From Azolla caroliniana (lineage: Eukaryota > Plantae > Polypodiophyta): a stretch of 64,000 nucleotides of DNA. The notes under the pieces were generated by a model. That model was not told where the DNA came from. It made no database searches and worked only from the letters and a program-made list of their open reading frames with translations. Made by a program: the position numbers and the translations under genes. This document shows, piece after piece, positions 39,365-48,354 of this stretch (its first letter is position 1; every line of letters starts with the position of its first letter). Location of the stretch: the NCBI GenBank assembly GCA_043228905.1, contig JBHGNT010000012.1, positions 8,866,001 through 8,930,000 on the forward strand. The letters are read 5' to 3'.

Positions 39365-39638
39365 CGAAGAGGTCGTTGCCTCTGTGTATTACCGCCGCCT
39401 GTGGCGAAGACAGTGAACTCCAGGTTGTTGCCTTGTAGCTTCACTATTGTACATCTCTGTTCATAGTGATAGTTGGAGTCTGAGGACTCCCGTGGTTTTT
39501 TTTTCCCATTTAGGGTTTTCCACGTAAACATCCTGTGTACCCTCCTCTCTATTGTCCTCGTGCATTTTGTATTTCCTGTTTTTCTGTGAGGTAATCCTAT
39601 TCCTCGGTTGTGGCCGAGCGCTGTTTTTTTGAACTACA
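34254..39638 (+). mobile_element. Full-length young Ty1/copia element G (GC-rich Tork-like)
   Basis: LTRs 34254-34893 and 39009-39638; PBS-Met 34897-34908; PPT 38997-39006; perfect TSD GTTCG. Confidence 0.98.
34925..38998 (+). CDS. gag-pol: Uninterrupted Copia Gag-PR-INT-RT-RNase H polyprotein (1357 aa)
   Basis: ATG 17 nt after the PBS; CFHCGKPGH, VDSGASFH, HKRLCH..CTDC, HTDVC..RADNGGEY..AER, YVDD, FTDSD..TEAEY..YCDS. Confidence 0.96.
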   Translation: MEGGGSGPPGMMVLNSQNYANWKIKMEDLLIVRDLYEPIDNAEIPKGVIESEWKLLNRKAVATIRQYVDVSVLQHVANDTNAYEMWKKLSGLYERKNALNRTSLMRKIVNLKYRDGENMVEHVSTFMGFVNQLAAIKFPLEDAMQAIILMCTLPESWENLVVTLSTSCTEDNLSLQTVKTSILNEEARRRDKEPAFDSKALLTESERGRQWNRSPQRREKSGTRSQSRGRPTCFHCGKPGHFRKNCRHYRKDNGADDTDSKKSPERNGAYRGATDRRGPDRRGQDRKGTTALAASEEEIMLITEERELNLASEEMTWVVDSGASFHLTPEKKYFSSYTAGEHGCVRMGNEGTCRIAGIGDVWLMTSTGCKMLLKDVRHVPEVRLNLISAGRLDDEGYTGSIQNGVMKFSKGSLIVARARKVNTLYLMNSRLCPEELNVAADTAGELWHKRLCHMSEKGMKRLAEDNLIPVKHVHLEKCTDCLAGKQNRTSFHSRPPTRRSAPFELVHTDVCQVETKSHGGAQYFVTFIDDHSRKLWTAPLKTKDQVLCVFKDLHARVERESGKKLKAIRADNGGEYRGQFQEYCRSKGIRLEFTVPKTPELNGLAERMNRTIMERVRSMLAHAKLPKGFWAEAMSTATYVINRSPSVPLDGDTPQKVWTGKEVSYRHLKVFGCLAYVHVAKDRRGKLDPKTRPCIFLGYGDDEFGYRVWDPVDKKIFRSRDIIFMEDKTLADWESEKKMKSSKSTGEDKLYEEQSRPARDRLALEDPAEDGEETEPAEEDETDTGTVPDPEMDSDEEESEEPVTEAPERRYPLRERRAPRRFPEPEHVLLTDEGEPESFEEAKLDTHSRRWLSAMQEEMDSLHENHTYELVELPKGKRALRNKWVFKLKPGNAGNPPRYKARIVVKGFQQKKGVDFDEIFAPVVKMTSIRTVLSIAASMDLEVEQMDVKTTFLHGDLEEEIYMQQPEGFEKKGKEHLVCRLKKSLYGLKQAPRQWYRKFDSFMTDEGYHKTQSDHCVFVKKFEGGDFLILLLYVDDMLIVGRDQVKIRVLKKALHRTFSMKDLGPARQILGMHIIRDRKKKQLWLSQEKYVTKVLKRFNMSEARPVGSTLPANCKLSSKQSPKTKAEKEDMMKVPYASAVGSLMYAMVCTRPDIGYAVGVVSRYMSNPGKEHWNAVKWILRYLKGTANVCLRFGSGKPELDGFTDSDMSVDADTSRSTSGYVMTYAGGAVSWQSRLQKTVALSTTEAEYMAAVEAGKEIIWMKDFIRELGIRQEEYRLYCDSQSAIHLAKNAAYHSRTKHIQRRYHWIRERIEDEELVLTKIHTDENGSDMLTKVLTPDKLEACRKRIGLERHPMPK

Positions 39639-41890
39639 GTTCGGAGCGTTCCAGACTGCGGTGTGTACAAGGGAGAATACACCCTCATTCTTCGACTTAC
39701 AGTCGATGCTCCTTGTAGAGGAGAACCACACCGGTGCATCTACCAGTGCATCCTCGGACAGCCGAATGCTGTACACAGGAACGGATCGGCACTGTGGGCG
39801 TGATGGAAGAGGTGGGTCGTCACGCAATGGAGGCGGCCGGCAAGAGCAGGAACGGAGGCACTATGAGTGTGCCGACAGTAGTTCCGAGACTTCCACAAGC
39901 AAGGGGAGTCAAGGCGGTGCCGGAGGCCGGCAAGACAAATCCGCTACGGAATGCTGGTATTGTGGCAAAAAAGGCCACAGGGAAAGGGAGTGCTGGAGAA
40001 AGCGTGCCGATTCGGACAAATCCGGATCCGGCAAGACCGGTAAGGATGGCCGGCAAAACTCGCACTACGCAAACGGATCAGGAGGATCCGGAACCGGAAA
40101 GGCCGGTAAGGGGCCAGCCTTGGTGATGAATCAAAAGGCAAACTCAATGAAGAAGAACACTTCCAAAACGGAGGAAGTGTGGTATGTTGATTCCGGCGCA
40201 TCGAACCACATGACGAGCCACAAAGAGTGGTTCTCCTTTCTTGAGAACCCGGATCAACCAGGAGTAGTCGAAACCGGAGACGACACTCCACACCCAATCG
40301 TGCACGTCGGATAATTCCATGTAAGCCACGTCGGACAGAAAGGGAAGCTGATGAACGTATTACACGTTCCGACGATCACGAAGAACCTGGTGTCCGTCGG
40401 TCAAATTGTCGACCAGGGGATGCAGATGCGGTTTACGCACCTCGGGTGCTTCATTGAGGATGAGGGCGAAGTCATTGCGCAAGGGCGTAGAGACGTGAGG
40501 ATGTTTATCCTCAACACCAATGACATTGGCACTGCTCTGTTCGCGAAACGACAGAAGGTCGAGTCGGACATTGACCTATGGCACAAGCGGATAGGCCACG
40601 TCAACTACCATAGGCTTCAAGACCTGCAAACGAAACAAGTCGTTTTCGGTTTGCCAAAGTTCGGCGGCCGGAGAGCCGAAATTTGTGAAGCCTGCCAACT
40701 TGGGAAGCAACACCGGCTTCCATTCCCCACCGAATGGAACCGGAGCCGTAACAAGCTTGATCTCATCCATTCGGATGTGTGGGGACCGGCACAAAGCAAA
40801 GTGTAAGCCTTGGCGGGAGCTGGTACTTCGTCTCCTTCATCGACGACTATACTCGACATACTTGGATCTACCTCATTGAGCGGAAGAGCGAAGTCTTCGA
40901 CAGTTTCCGGAGCCTCCAGAAGATGGTGGAACGGGAATCGGAGAGGAAGATCAAATGCCTTCGGTTGGATGGCGGAAAGGAATATTTTTCCGGCCAATTC
41001 ACTAGTTATCTGCAGCAGAAGGTAATTCGGTGAGAGTTCAACTGCAGATACACACCAGAGCAAAATGGTGTGGCCGAAAGGAAGAACGGGACACTCGTCG
41101 AAGCGGCAAGGACAATGTTGGAGGAGAAGAGTATGCCCCGGTTCTACTGGGCGGAGGCGGTCCAGATGGCCGTCTACATACAAAACCGCATTGGTGACAA
41201 GGTGTCAGCTCATGAGCTGTATTTCGGGCGCAAGCCGAACTTAAGACACCTTCGGATATTCGGCAGCATAGCGTATGTGCATGTGCCGGATCAGAAGCGA
41301 AGGAAGCTGGATGCAAAATCGGAAAAAATGCATCCTAGTCGGCTATGCTCAAGAGCAAAAGGGGTATAAGTGCTATAACCCCCGGACAAAGGAAGTCCGA
41401 GTTAGCCGGGATGTCGAGTTCGATGAATCGGCATCCTGGTACTCTGTACCAACTCCGACTTCCGATCCCGACCCAATGCCGGAAGATTAGGCCAGTGAGC
41501 ATGAATCAGCCCTGGCAGAGGATGATGATGTAGGTACTCAAGATGAGAGTCCGGAATCGTTACGGTTGAGTGGACCGAACGAGCGACTGAGTCGGTTGGA
41601 CCAGTCGGATGAGGAGACGGCAAGTGGTGGAGACTCTGCCGTGCTCTCCCCGCGCAAGGAACCGAGGAAACGGTTCACGCGCAAAGAGAAAGGGAAAAGG
41701 AAGATGCCGGAATTTGAAACCGGCATCGATGAGTCGGATCGGTGCATATCCGACTCCAGAAAGGAGAAAGGCAGATCTTCGGCAACGAAGACCGAACTGG
41801 CCAAGAAGGGCCTCAAATCAGGTGACGGTGTCGTGAAGAATGTGCTTCACAATATAAAAATGAGCTTAAATGTTGTATTTAATAATATTT

Positions 41891-42083
41891 GAGAGACTTG
41901 AACCCACATCCTTATATACGATGTACAATGTACATACCACTAGGCTAGGCTATTTATTTGTAAAAGTGTGTAATAAATGTGCTTCATGATATAAGAATGA
42001 AGCTATATATTGTATTAAGTAAAATTGAGGGACTTGAACCCTCAACCTTGAATACCAAGCACCAAGCATACACCACTAAGCTA
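41891..42083 (-). promoter_or_regulatory. Two tandem tRNA-like Pol III A/B-box cassettes, antisense in LTR U3 (copies at 48409-48601)
   Basis: TAGCCTAGTGG...GGTTCAAGTCT and TAGCTTAGTGG...GGTTCAAGTCC; T8-to-T54 distance 45 nt in both; T-arm GAGGG-TTCAAGT-CCCTC. Confidence 0.75.
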
Positions 42084-42341
42084 GGTTAGTTATTTTAGAA
42101 TGCATTTTCATCATTATAATTATCTCATATCTATTTTCATACATAGCCATCATTCATCACATGCAATGCATGTGCGCCAAATGGCGATCATGCATTACAT
42201 GTAACTCATGCATTGCATGCATGCCATGCTCCCATACATTACCATATGCATGGCAACACTTATAAAAAGAGGGGAAAGGGAAAACAAGGAGGGGAATCAA
42301 GAGAAAGTTAGAGAAATAAGATAATAAAAAAAAAAACAAGT

Positions 42342-42395
42342 TAGCTTGTTGGTGAAGAGGCTCGTGTTTTCAAGTTGGAGTCAAGAGTTCGAATC
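42342..42395 (+). promoter_or_regulatory. Sense tRNA-like A/B-box cassette downstream of the LTR TATA box (copy at ~48860-48913)
   Basis: TAGCTTGTTGG ... GAGTTCGAATC, spacing 46 nt. Confidence 0.65.
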
Positions 42396-42754
42396 AAGGG
42401 TCGGTAGAGAAAGGGTTCATCTTGCTACCAAACATTGTAAAGTTGGTAAAATCTTGTATTCGTAATACACATCATGTTCACATCATATACTTTTTTGTCT
42501 TAAATCATACTTTGTGTCTATCTTGCGTCTTGAATCATACATTGCCTCTATCTTTTATCTATACTAGTCTCTCTCTCACACATATTACTTTAAACTATTA
42601 TTCTTCATATCCTTTATCTTCCTAACATTTGAGCGCAAGCCTTATAAAAGTTCCTTCAACTCCCCTTAACCTTAGTCCCTGCGACTTCGCCGCACGAACC
42701 ACAACTACCCCGACACATTTGGTGAACCCGACGTGAAGGCGGCGACGAGGAGAA

Positions 42755-44869
42755 ATGGAAGAGCAAATGAGGCTTATGTGTACGATGATGGAACGAGTGA
42801 TGCGGGAACAAGGGATGATGGCAAGCATCGACAAAGCCGTCGACAATATTCTCACACGAGTAGGAATCTTCGAAGGTATAAATTTAACAAGATTTCTGAA
42901 GATTTATAATGAAGAAATGCTTAAACGCGGTGTCGACGAAGCTACAAAAATTAATAGCTTTAGTCGAGTCGCTGCGATTGGGCTACAAGAGAGGATCCAA
43001 GAGCTCCAAAGGGAGAATCAGACATGGACAACATTCGAAAGGGCATTACTCAATGAATACAACCTCAATGATATGTCAAGGATGACAAGGCGAGCTTTCA
43101 TGGATTGGGTAGAGTCTAATAAACATTTAAGTGTTTTGGAAGTATTAATAGAGTTTTCTGAAAGATTTGAGCAACTAAATGTTAGAGATAGAAATATAAT
43201 AGTGCCAGATAAAGTAATATTGTTTCTACAAGCTACTAATATTAAAGACAGGAAGGACTTGGGAATGCTTTTAGAAGATCAGAATAGTCCAAGTGGACTT
43301 ACCGAAGATTGGGAGGAGGTGAAAAGGGCGTGCGCCCATTTCTGCAAAAGAAAGTTATGGTTTATGGAGTTGCCCGATAGAAATGATGAAGAAACGGTGA
43401 ACGAGTTGGGAGAAAAGAAAATAGAAGAATCACTCTTACACGAATTAGTGAAAGGCATGAAAGACTTGTCGATCAAAGTGACGAAGCTAGAATCGGGACA
43501 AAGCTCGACTTCATCAAGGCAGGGAGGTGGAATGGTCCGAAGGTGTATGTGGTGTGATAGTATCGACCACCAGAAGAAAGATTGTCAAGAGCATAGGGAT
43601 GCTCTTAATCATAATAAAATCTACTATGAAGATGGCAAGATTCACTCAACTGAGACTCGACAACCACTTCAACTCAACTTCGGGCAAGGAGGAATGAAAA
43701 GGCTAATGGAAGATGCCGAGAGAGAAACGACTCAAGCGATACAATCCGTGGCAACCTTAGGATTGCGCGTAGAAGACTCATATGGTGGATCTGGCTTTTG
43801 GCAAGATGTGATGGATTATGCAAGAAAAGGGAAGGTTCGAGTGGATGAATTAAAAAGAGCGGGAGATGAAATACGAAACTTCACTGGATGGAATGATCCA
43901 GTAGACGCGCTATCAGCATTCGCTCAAGTGAATGCACAAGATGTGCTAGGGGAAGAGAAGCGGAAGAGAGCTGAGGAAGCTGATCCGACAAAGAGACATG
44001 AGACACAAGAACAAAAGAGAAGGGAGATGGAAAAGGGTGGTATTGAGCCGAAGGAAGCTGATAAAGTAAAAGGAAAGACAGGCCCATCTTTCAAGCTTGC
44101 CTCAGACATAGAAACAACGACGGATATAAAAAAGGTACTAGAAACAAGAATATTAAATAGTAAGGTAGAATTTACTTTAAGAGAAGTGTTGGGTATAGCA
44201 AAGAAAGAATTTCATGAAGTTATCATAGATATTATTAGAAGGAAGAGACAGGTGATGGAGGAAATTACGGGAGGGTGTGCAGCAACACTCCAAGATTTGT
44301 ATGGTGGCACCATCAATGCTGGAAGTGTAAAAAACCAGAATGATGTTGGCGTCCATGAAGGGGATAGGAGTCACTATACAAGGGACCATTGGGCTCGAGC
44401 AACAACGGAGGCACCTGCAAAAATTGGGGAGCAGCAAATTCCATGTATTGCTTTGATCGATCATGGATCAGAGATTAACATGATGTCATCGGAATTTTAC
44501 GCTCGAGGACGATGGCCAATCGACAAGAATCATGGGTGGAAAATAAGAGCTGCCACAGAAACTACGGAGGATCTATTCGGAGCATGTCCTAGTGTGAAGG
44601 TAACAATTGGTGATGTCTCAGTGAATCAAAATTTCTTTGTGCAGGATCGATCAACCTACCCCGTCATCCTTGGCCAGCCCTACATCACCGCAGTGAGGAT
44701 GGAAACAAAGGTTATTGATGATGGTTCGGCTTTCGCGAGAATCAAGAGTCAAGATGGAAGAAGGACTGTCCAATTCTTAACTATGAGGCCCAACCATGAA
44801 AGAAACAAAGAATGCTTGAGGGAACATCCAATTCAAGAGATGGATGAAGAGTTTTCCCAGGATTTTTAG
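42755..44869 (+). CDS. gag: Gypsy ORF1: Gag, zinc knuckle and aspartic protease (704 aa)
   Basis: CMWCDSIDHQKKDC; ALIDHGSEINMM ... VILGQPY; starts 19 nt after the PBS. Confidence 0.9.
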   Translation: MEEQMRLMCTMMERVMREQGMMASIDKAVDNILTRVGIFEGINLTRFLKIYNEEMLKRGVDEATKINSFSRVAAIGLQERIQELQRENQTWTTFERALLNEYNLNDMSRMTRRAFMDWVESNKHLSVLEVLIEFSERFEQLNVRDRNIIVPDKVILFLQATNIKDRKDLGMLLEDQNSPSGLTEDWEEVKRACAHFCKRKLWFMELPDRNDEETVNELGEKKIEESLLHELVKGMKDLSIKVTKLESGQSSTSSRQGGGMVRRCMWCDSIDHQKKDCQEHRDALNHNKIYYEDGKIHSTETRQPLQLNFGQGGMKRLMEDAERETTQAIQSVATLGLRVEDSYGGSGFWQDVMDYARKGKVRVDELKRAGDEIRNFTGWNDPVDALSAFAQVNAQDVLGEEKRKRAEEADPTKRHETQEQKRREMEKGGIEPKEADKVKGKTGPSFKLASDIETTTDIKKVLETRILNSKVEFTLREVLGIAKKEFHEVIIDIIRRKRQVMEEITGGCAATLQDLYGGTINAGSVKNQNDVGVHEGDRSHYTRDHWARATTEAPAKIGEQQIPCIALIDHGSEINMMSSEFYARGRWPIDKNHGWKIRAATETTEDLFGACPSVKVTIGDVSVNQNFFVQDRSTYPVILGQPYITAVRMETKVIDDGSAFARIKSQDGRRTVQFLTMRPNHERNKECLREHPIQEMDEEFSQDF

Positions 44870-44922
44870 ATAGGGCTTTTACAGGTAGGGGCTGTGATAG
44901 CCCGAGCATAAAAGAAAACCCC
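44860..44922 (+). promoter_or_regulatory. Predicted -1 ribosomal frameshift signal (GGATTTT plus H-type pseudoknot)
   Basis: G GAT TTT TAG ends ORF1; 6-nt spacer; stem GGGCT-T-TTACAG/CTGTGA-T-AGCCC; loop GGGG can pair with CCCC at 44919-44922; counterpart at 13085-13147 (-). Confidence 0.75.
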
Positions 44923-47900
44923 ATAAATAATAATGTAAATAAAGATATTCCTTGTACAATCTCATCTAATGGTGCTACTTTTATACTAAAAGTAAATAAT
45001 AATAAAATACAAAATTCTTTCGAGTACTTTAAGTGTTCTGGATTAATAGATGATGATGAAGAAATTCAGGATATGTTTGAAGAATTAAGTTTTGAAGATA
45101 CAATAACTCATTTGGAAGCAATGGAAGAAGACAACGAAATCCAAGTTCCTGTCCATTCAATCAAGATGTATGAGGTCATTGAAGAAGTTGCTCGAAAGGA
45201 TCATGAAGCACATGTACTAACAAATTACAAGATAGTGGAGAAGAAGGTTCGTCCTATTGTTGCTCCACTTCCAGGGGATAGTGAAAAGGCAATCAAAGAA
45301 GCAGCCACAGAGCCAATGATCACAGACCCACGAAAGGTAGGACATGTGTTTACTTTGGAAAGAATACAAGGGATGAAAATAGGAGGGGATGACTTCCTAT
45401 TACCCTCTGAAGAAAAGCAGTTCAGGGAGATGTTAAAAAGGCATGGAAAGGCGTTCGCATTCCAACCGGAGGAAATAGGGTGTGTGGATCCAGAAATTGT
45501 GGAGCCCATGGTTATATTCACTATCCCTCATATTCCATGGAACTTTAAGCCAATACCCATGCCTAGGGCTAGAATCCCTCAACTATTAGAACTTTTGAAA
45601 GAAAAGATAAGGATGGGTATCTTGGAACCATCGAACGCTCCTTACTCGAGTCGATGGTTCACTGTGTTAAAGAAAGATGGGTGACTCCGATTTATCCAAG
45701 ATATGCAACCCGTGAATAAGGTAACAATCTGAAACTCGGGAGTAGGGCCAATTGTGGATGAGTTTGCTGAGATGTTTGCAGGAAGAGCTATATATTCAAT
45801 GGGAGACCTTTATTGAGCTATATATTCAATGGGAGACCTTTATTCCGGGTATGATCAATTTCAACTTGCTATCAAAAGTCGAGATATAACTTCTATCAAG
45901 ACACCTATAGGGTTAGTACGGATGTGCACCTTGCCGCAAGGAGCGACCAACTCAGTGGCGCATATGATGAATGGAATGAACAAGGTACTTCGTGATTTTA
46001 TTCCTCATATTACAATGCCTTTTCTAGATGATGTTCCAATTAAGGGATGCAAGGAGGAAGAGAAGAACGAGGAATTGGACGAAAGTGGTTGCCGTCAATT
46101 CGTTGCTGATCATATCAAGGATTGTGAGAAGGTGCTATCAAGGATGGAAGAAGTGCATTTGACCTTATCAGGGGCGAAGTCAATATTTGGGGCAAAAGAG
46201 ATATTAATAGTTGGTCATATGTGTGGCTCGTATGGGAGAAAGCCATCCCCAACCAAGGTCAATGCAATTCAAAATATGCAAGAGGAATGTACATCCATCT
46301 CAGAAGTACGAAGGTTTCTGGGGGTATGTGTTTTTTACTGTAAATGGATTCCGCATTATGCCCATTTATCTGAACCTTTATATAGACTCCTAAGAAAAGG
46401 AGAGACATTTGAATGGAGTGAAGAGCATTCAGAGGCAATGAAGAAATTGAAGTACTACTTGGCACAAGCTCCACTATTAAAGCAACCAGACTACACCCGG
46501 CCCATATATCTCACAGTAGACTCTAGTCCCATTGGAATTGGATGGGTGATAAGCCAACAAGATAGGGAAGAAAGGTATCCAGTCCGATTCGGGGCAAAGG
46601 TTCTTAGTGGTCGACAAAGAAAATATGCACAGGTGAAAAGAGAGCTATGGGGGATAGTAACAGTTGTAAAGACAGACAAAGATTACTTAATTGGTGCTGA
46701 AGTAATAATAGAAACTAATTGTTTGCCTATTCTGGGTATCATAGCTAATTGTGATATTCCAGATCAAGCCATGTTAAGATGGTGTATCTATATTAGATCA
46801 ATCAACCCTGAAGTTCGACATATCTCTGGGAATAGAAATGCAGTAGCAGATATGTTATCAAGAGCAAGGTATGAGGAAGAGGAGATTCCAGACTCGGACG
46901 ATGAGGACAAAGAACAAACAGTCCTTACCACAAGCATTACTCGGGAAGGAGGAATGCAGTTTCTAGAAGAAGAGTATGAAGAAGAATTCAAGGAAATAGG
47001 GAAATACCTACAAACCCCTGACAAGTACAAAGGTCGATCTGGAAAAGAGTTCGCATAGTTTCGCAAGAAAACCCATAAGTTCTTCCTGCATGAAGGATAT
47101 CTATGGCGACATCCGAAAACCAAGACTGGAAACCCGCAAAGAGTAATAGGTTCTGAAGGGCAAAGAAAGGAGATAATCAGAGAGCTGCATGACAAAGAAT
47201 GGGTTGGTCATTGAGGAGTGTGGGCCACTTTCAGTAAGATTAAAGAACGATTTTGGTGGCCTCGATACTATGAGCAAATAAAAAAGTATGTGGAAAATTG
47301 TCCCACTTGTCAATATTATTCAAATGTAAAATTTTGTGATGAATTACACCCAACATACTCACCGGGGGTGCATTACAAGTGGATGATAGATTTGGTAACA
47401 ATGCCACTTGGAGTAGGACCAAAAAGATACTTGGTTCTTGCTAGAGAAGATCTAACAAATCAAGTGGAAGGTCGTTCATTGCAAACAAAAGGGACATTAG
47501 GAGTATGTCAATTCATCTTGGAGGACATTGTTTGTAGATATGGATGTATCGGGAAGATAGTGGCAGATAGGGGAGAACTCAATTCTGCGGAAGCTCAAGA
47601 TTTTTTCGACAAAATAGGAATTCGGCTTTCTTTGACAACGACGTACAATCCAGAAGCTAATGGAAAGGTAGAAAGGGGACATGGGCCAATAGTCAAAGCT
47701 TTGGCAAAGGCATGTAGAGGACGGGTTAGTGATTGGCCAAAAACCTTACCCTATGCACTATGGGCTGATAGGACAACTCACAGCACTGTTACTGGATATA
47801 TGCCTGCAGAATTAATCACAGGACAGAAGCCAATAATGCCAATTGAAGAAAAGATAACTACATGGGCTGTGTTGCCTTGGGAATCGGAAATGAGTAGGGA

Positions 47901-48354
47901 AGATTTACTTGCAGTTCGAATACGACAACTTCAATCAAGGATAGAAGACATAGAAAAAGCAGCTACTAGATTGAAAGAGGCAAGAATCAAGAATAAGGAC
48001 AGATTTGACAAGATGAAAAGAATACGACCAAGAAAGGTGCAAGAGGGAGATTGGGTATTAGTATATGATAATAGCCTAGATAATCAATACAGTACTATTC
48101 GGAAGTTTGCAAAAAGATGGTCTGGACCTTATGAAGTTAGGAAAATAACAGATAAAGCCACATATTTCCTCAATGAATTAGATGGGACAGAAATTCGTAT
48201 CCCAATTGCAGGAAAAAGGATTAAAATATTTAAAAGGAGGGAGTCATTAGAGCCGGAATTTTATGAAGAAGTAGAAGACCTAAAAGAATTGGAAGAAGTG
48301 TTGGATGAACTCTGCACAACCAATGTGCAAGTTCAGAGGGGGTGGGTGTCGTGA
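44860..48354 (+). pseudogene. pol: Gypsy pol (RT-RH-INT) in the -1 frame, several premature stops
   Basis: Frame open from 44860 into ORF 45073; PFLDD, TVDSSPIG, WMIDLV, VADRGE, WSGPY; stop at 45682 and others; 30-bp tandem duplication 45785-45844. Confidence 0.92.

Noticed and set aside
41891-42395. Functional tRNA genes
   Set aside because: Boxes and some arms are present but acceptor and anticodon stems do not pair; reported as tRNA-like cassettes only
45785-45844. 30-bp duplication as a regulatory feature
   Set aside because: Simple tandem duplication that creates a stop; absent from the related element
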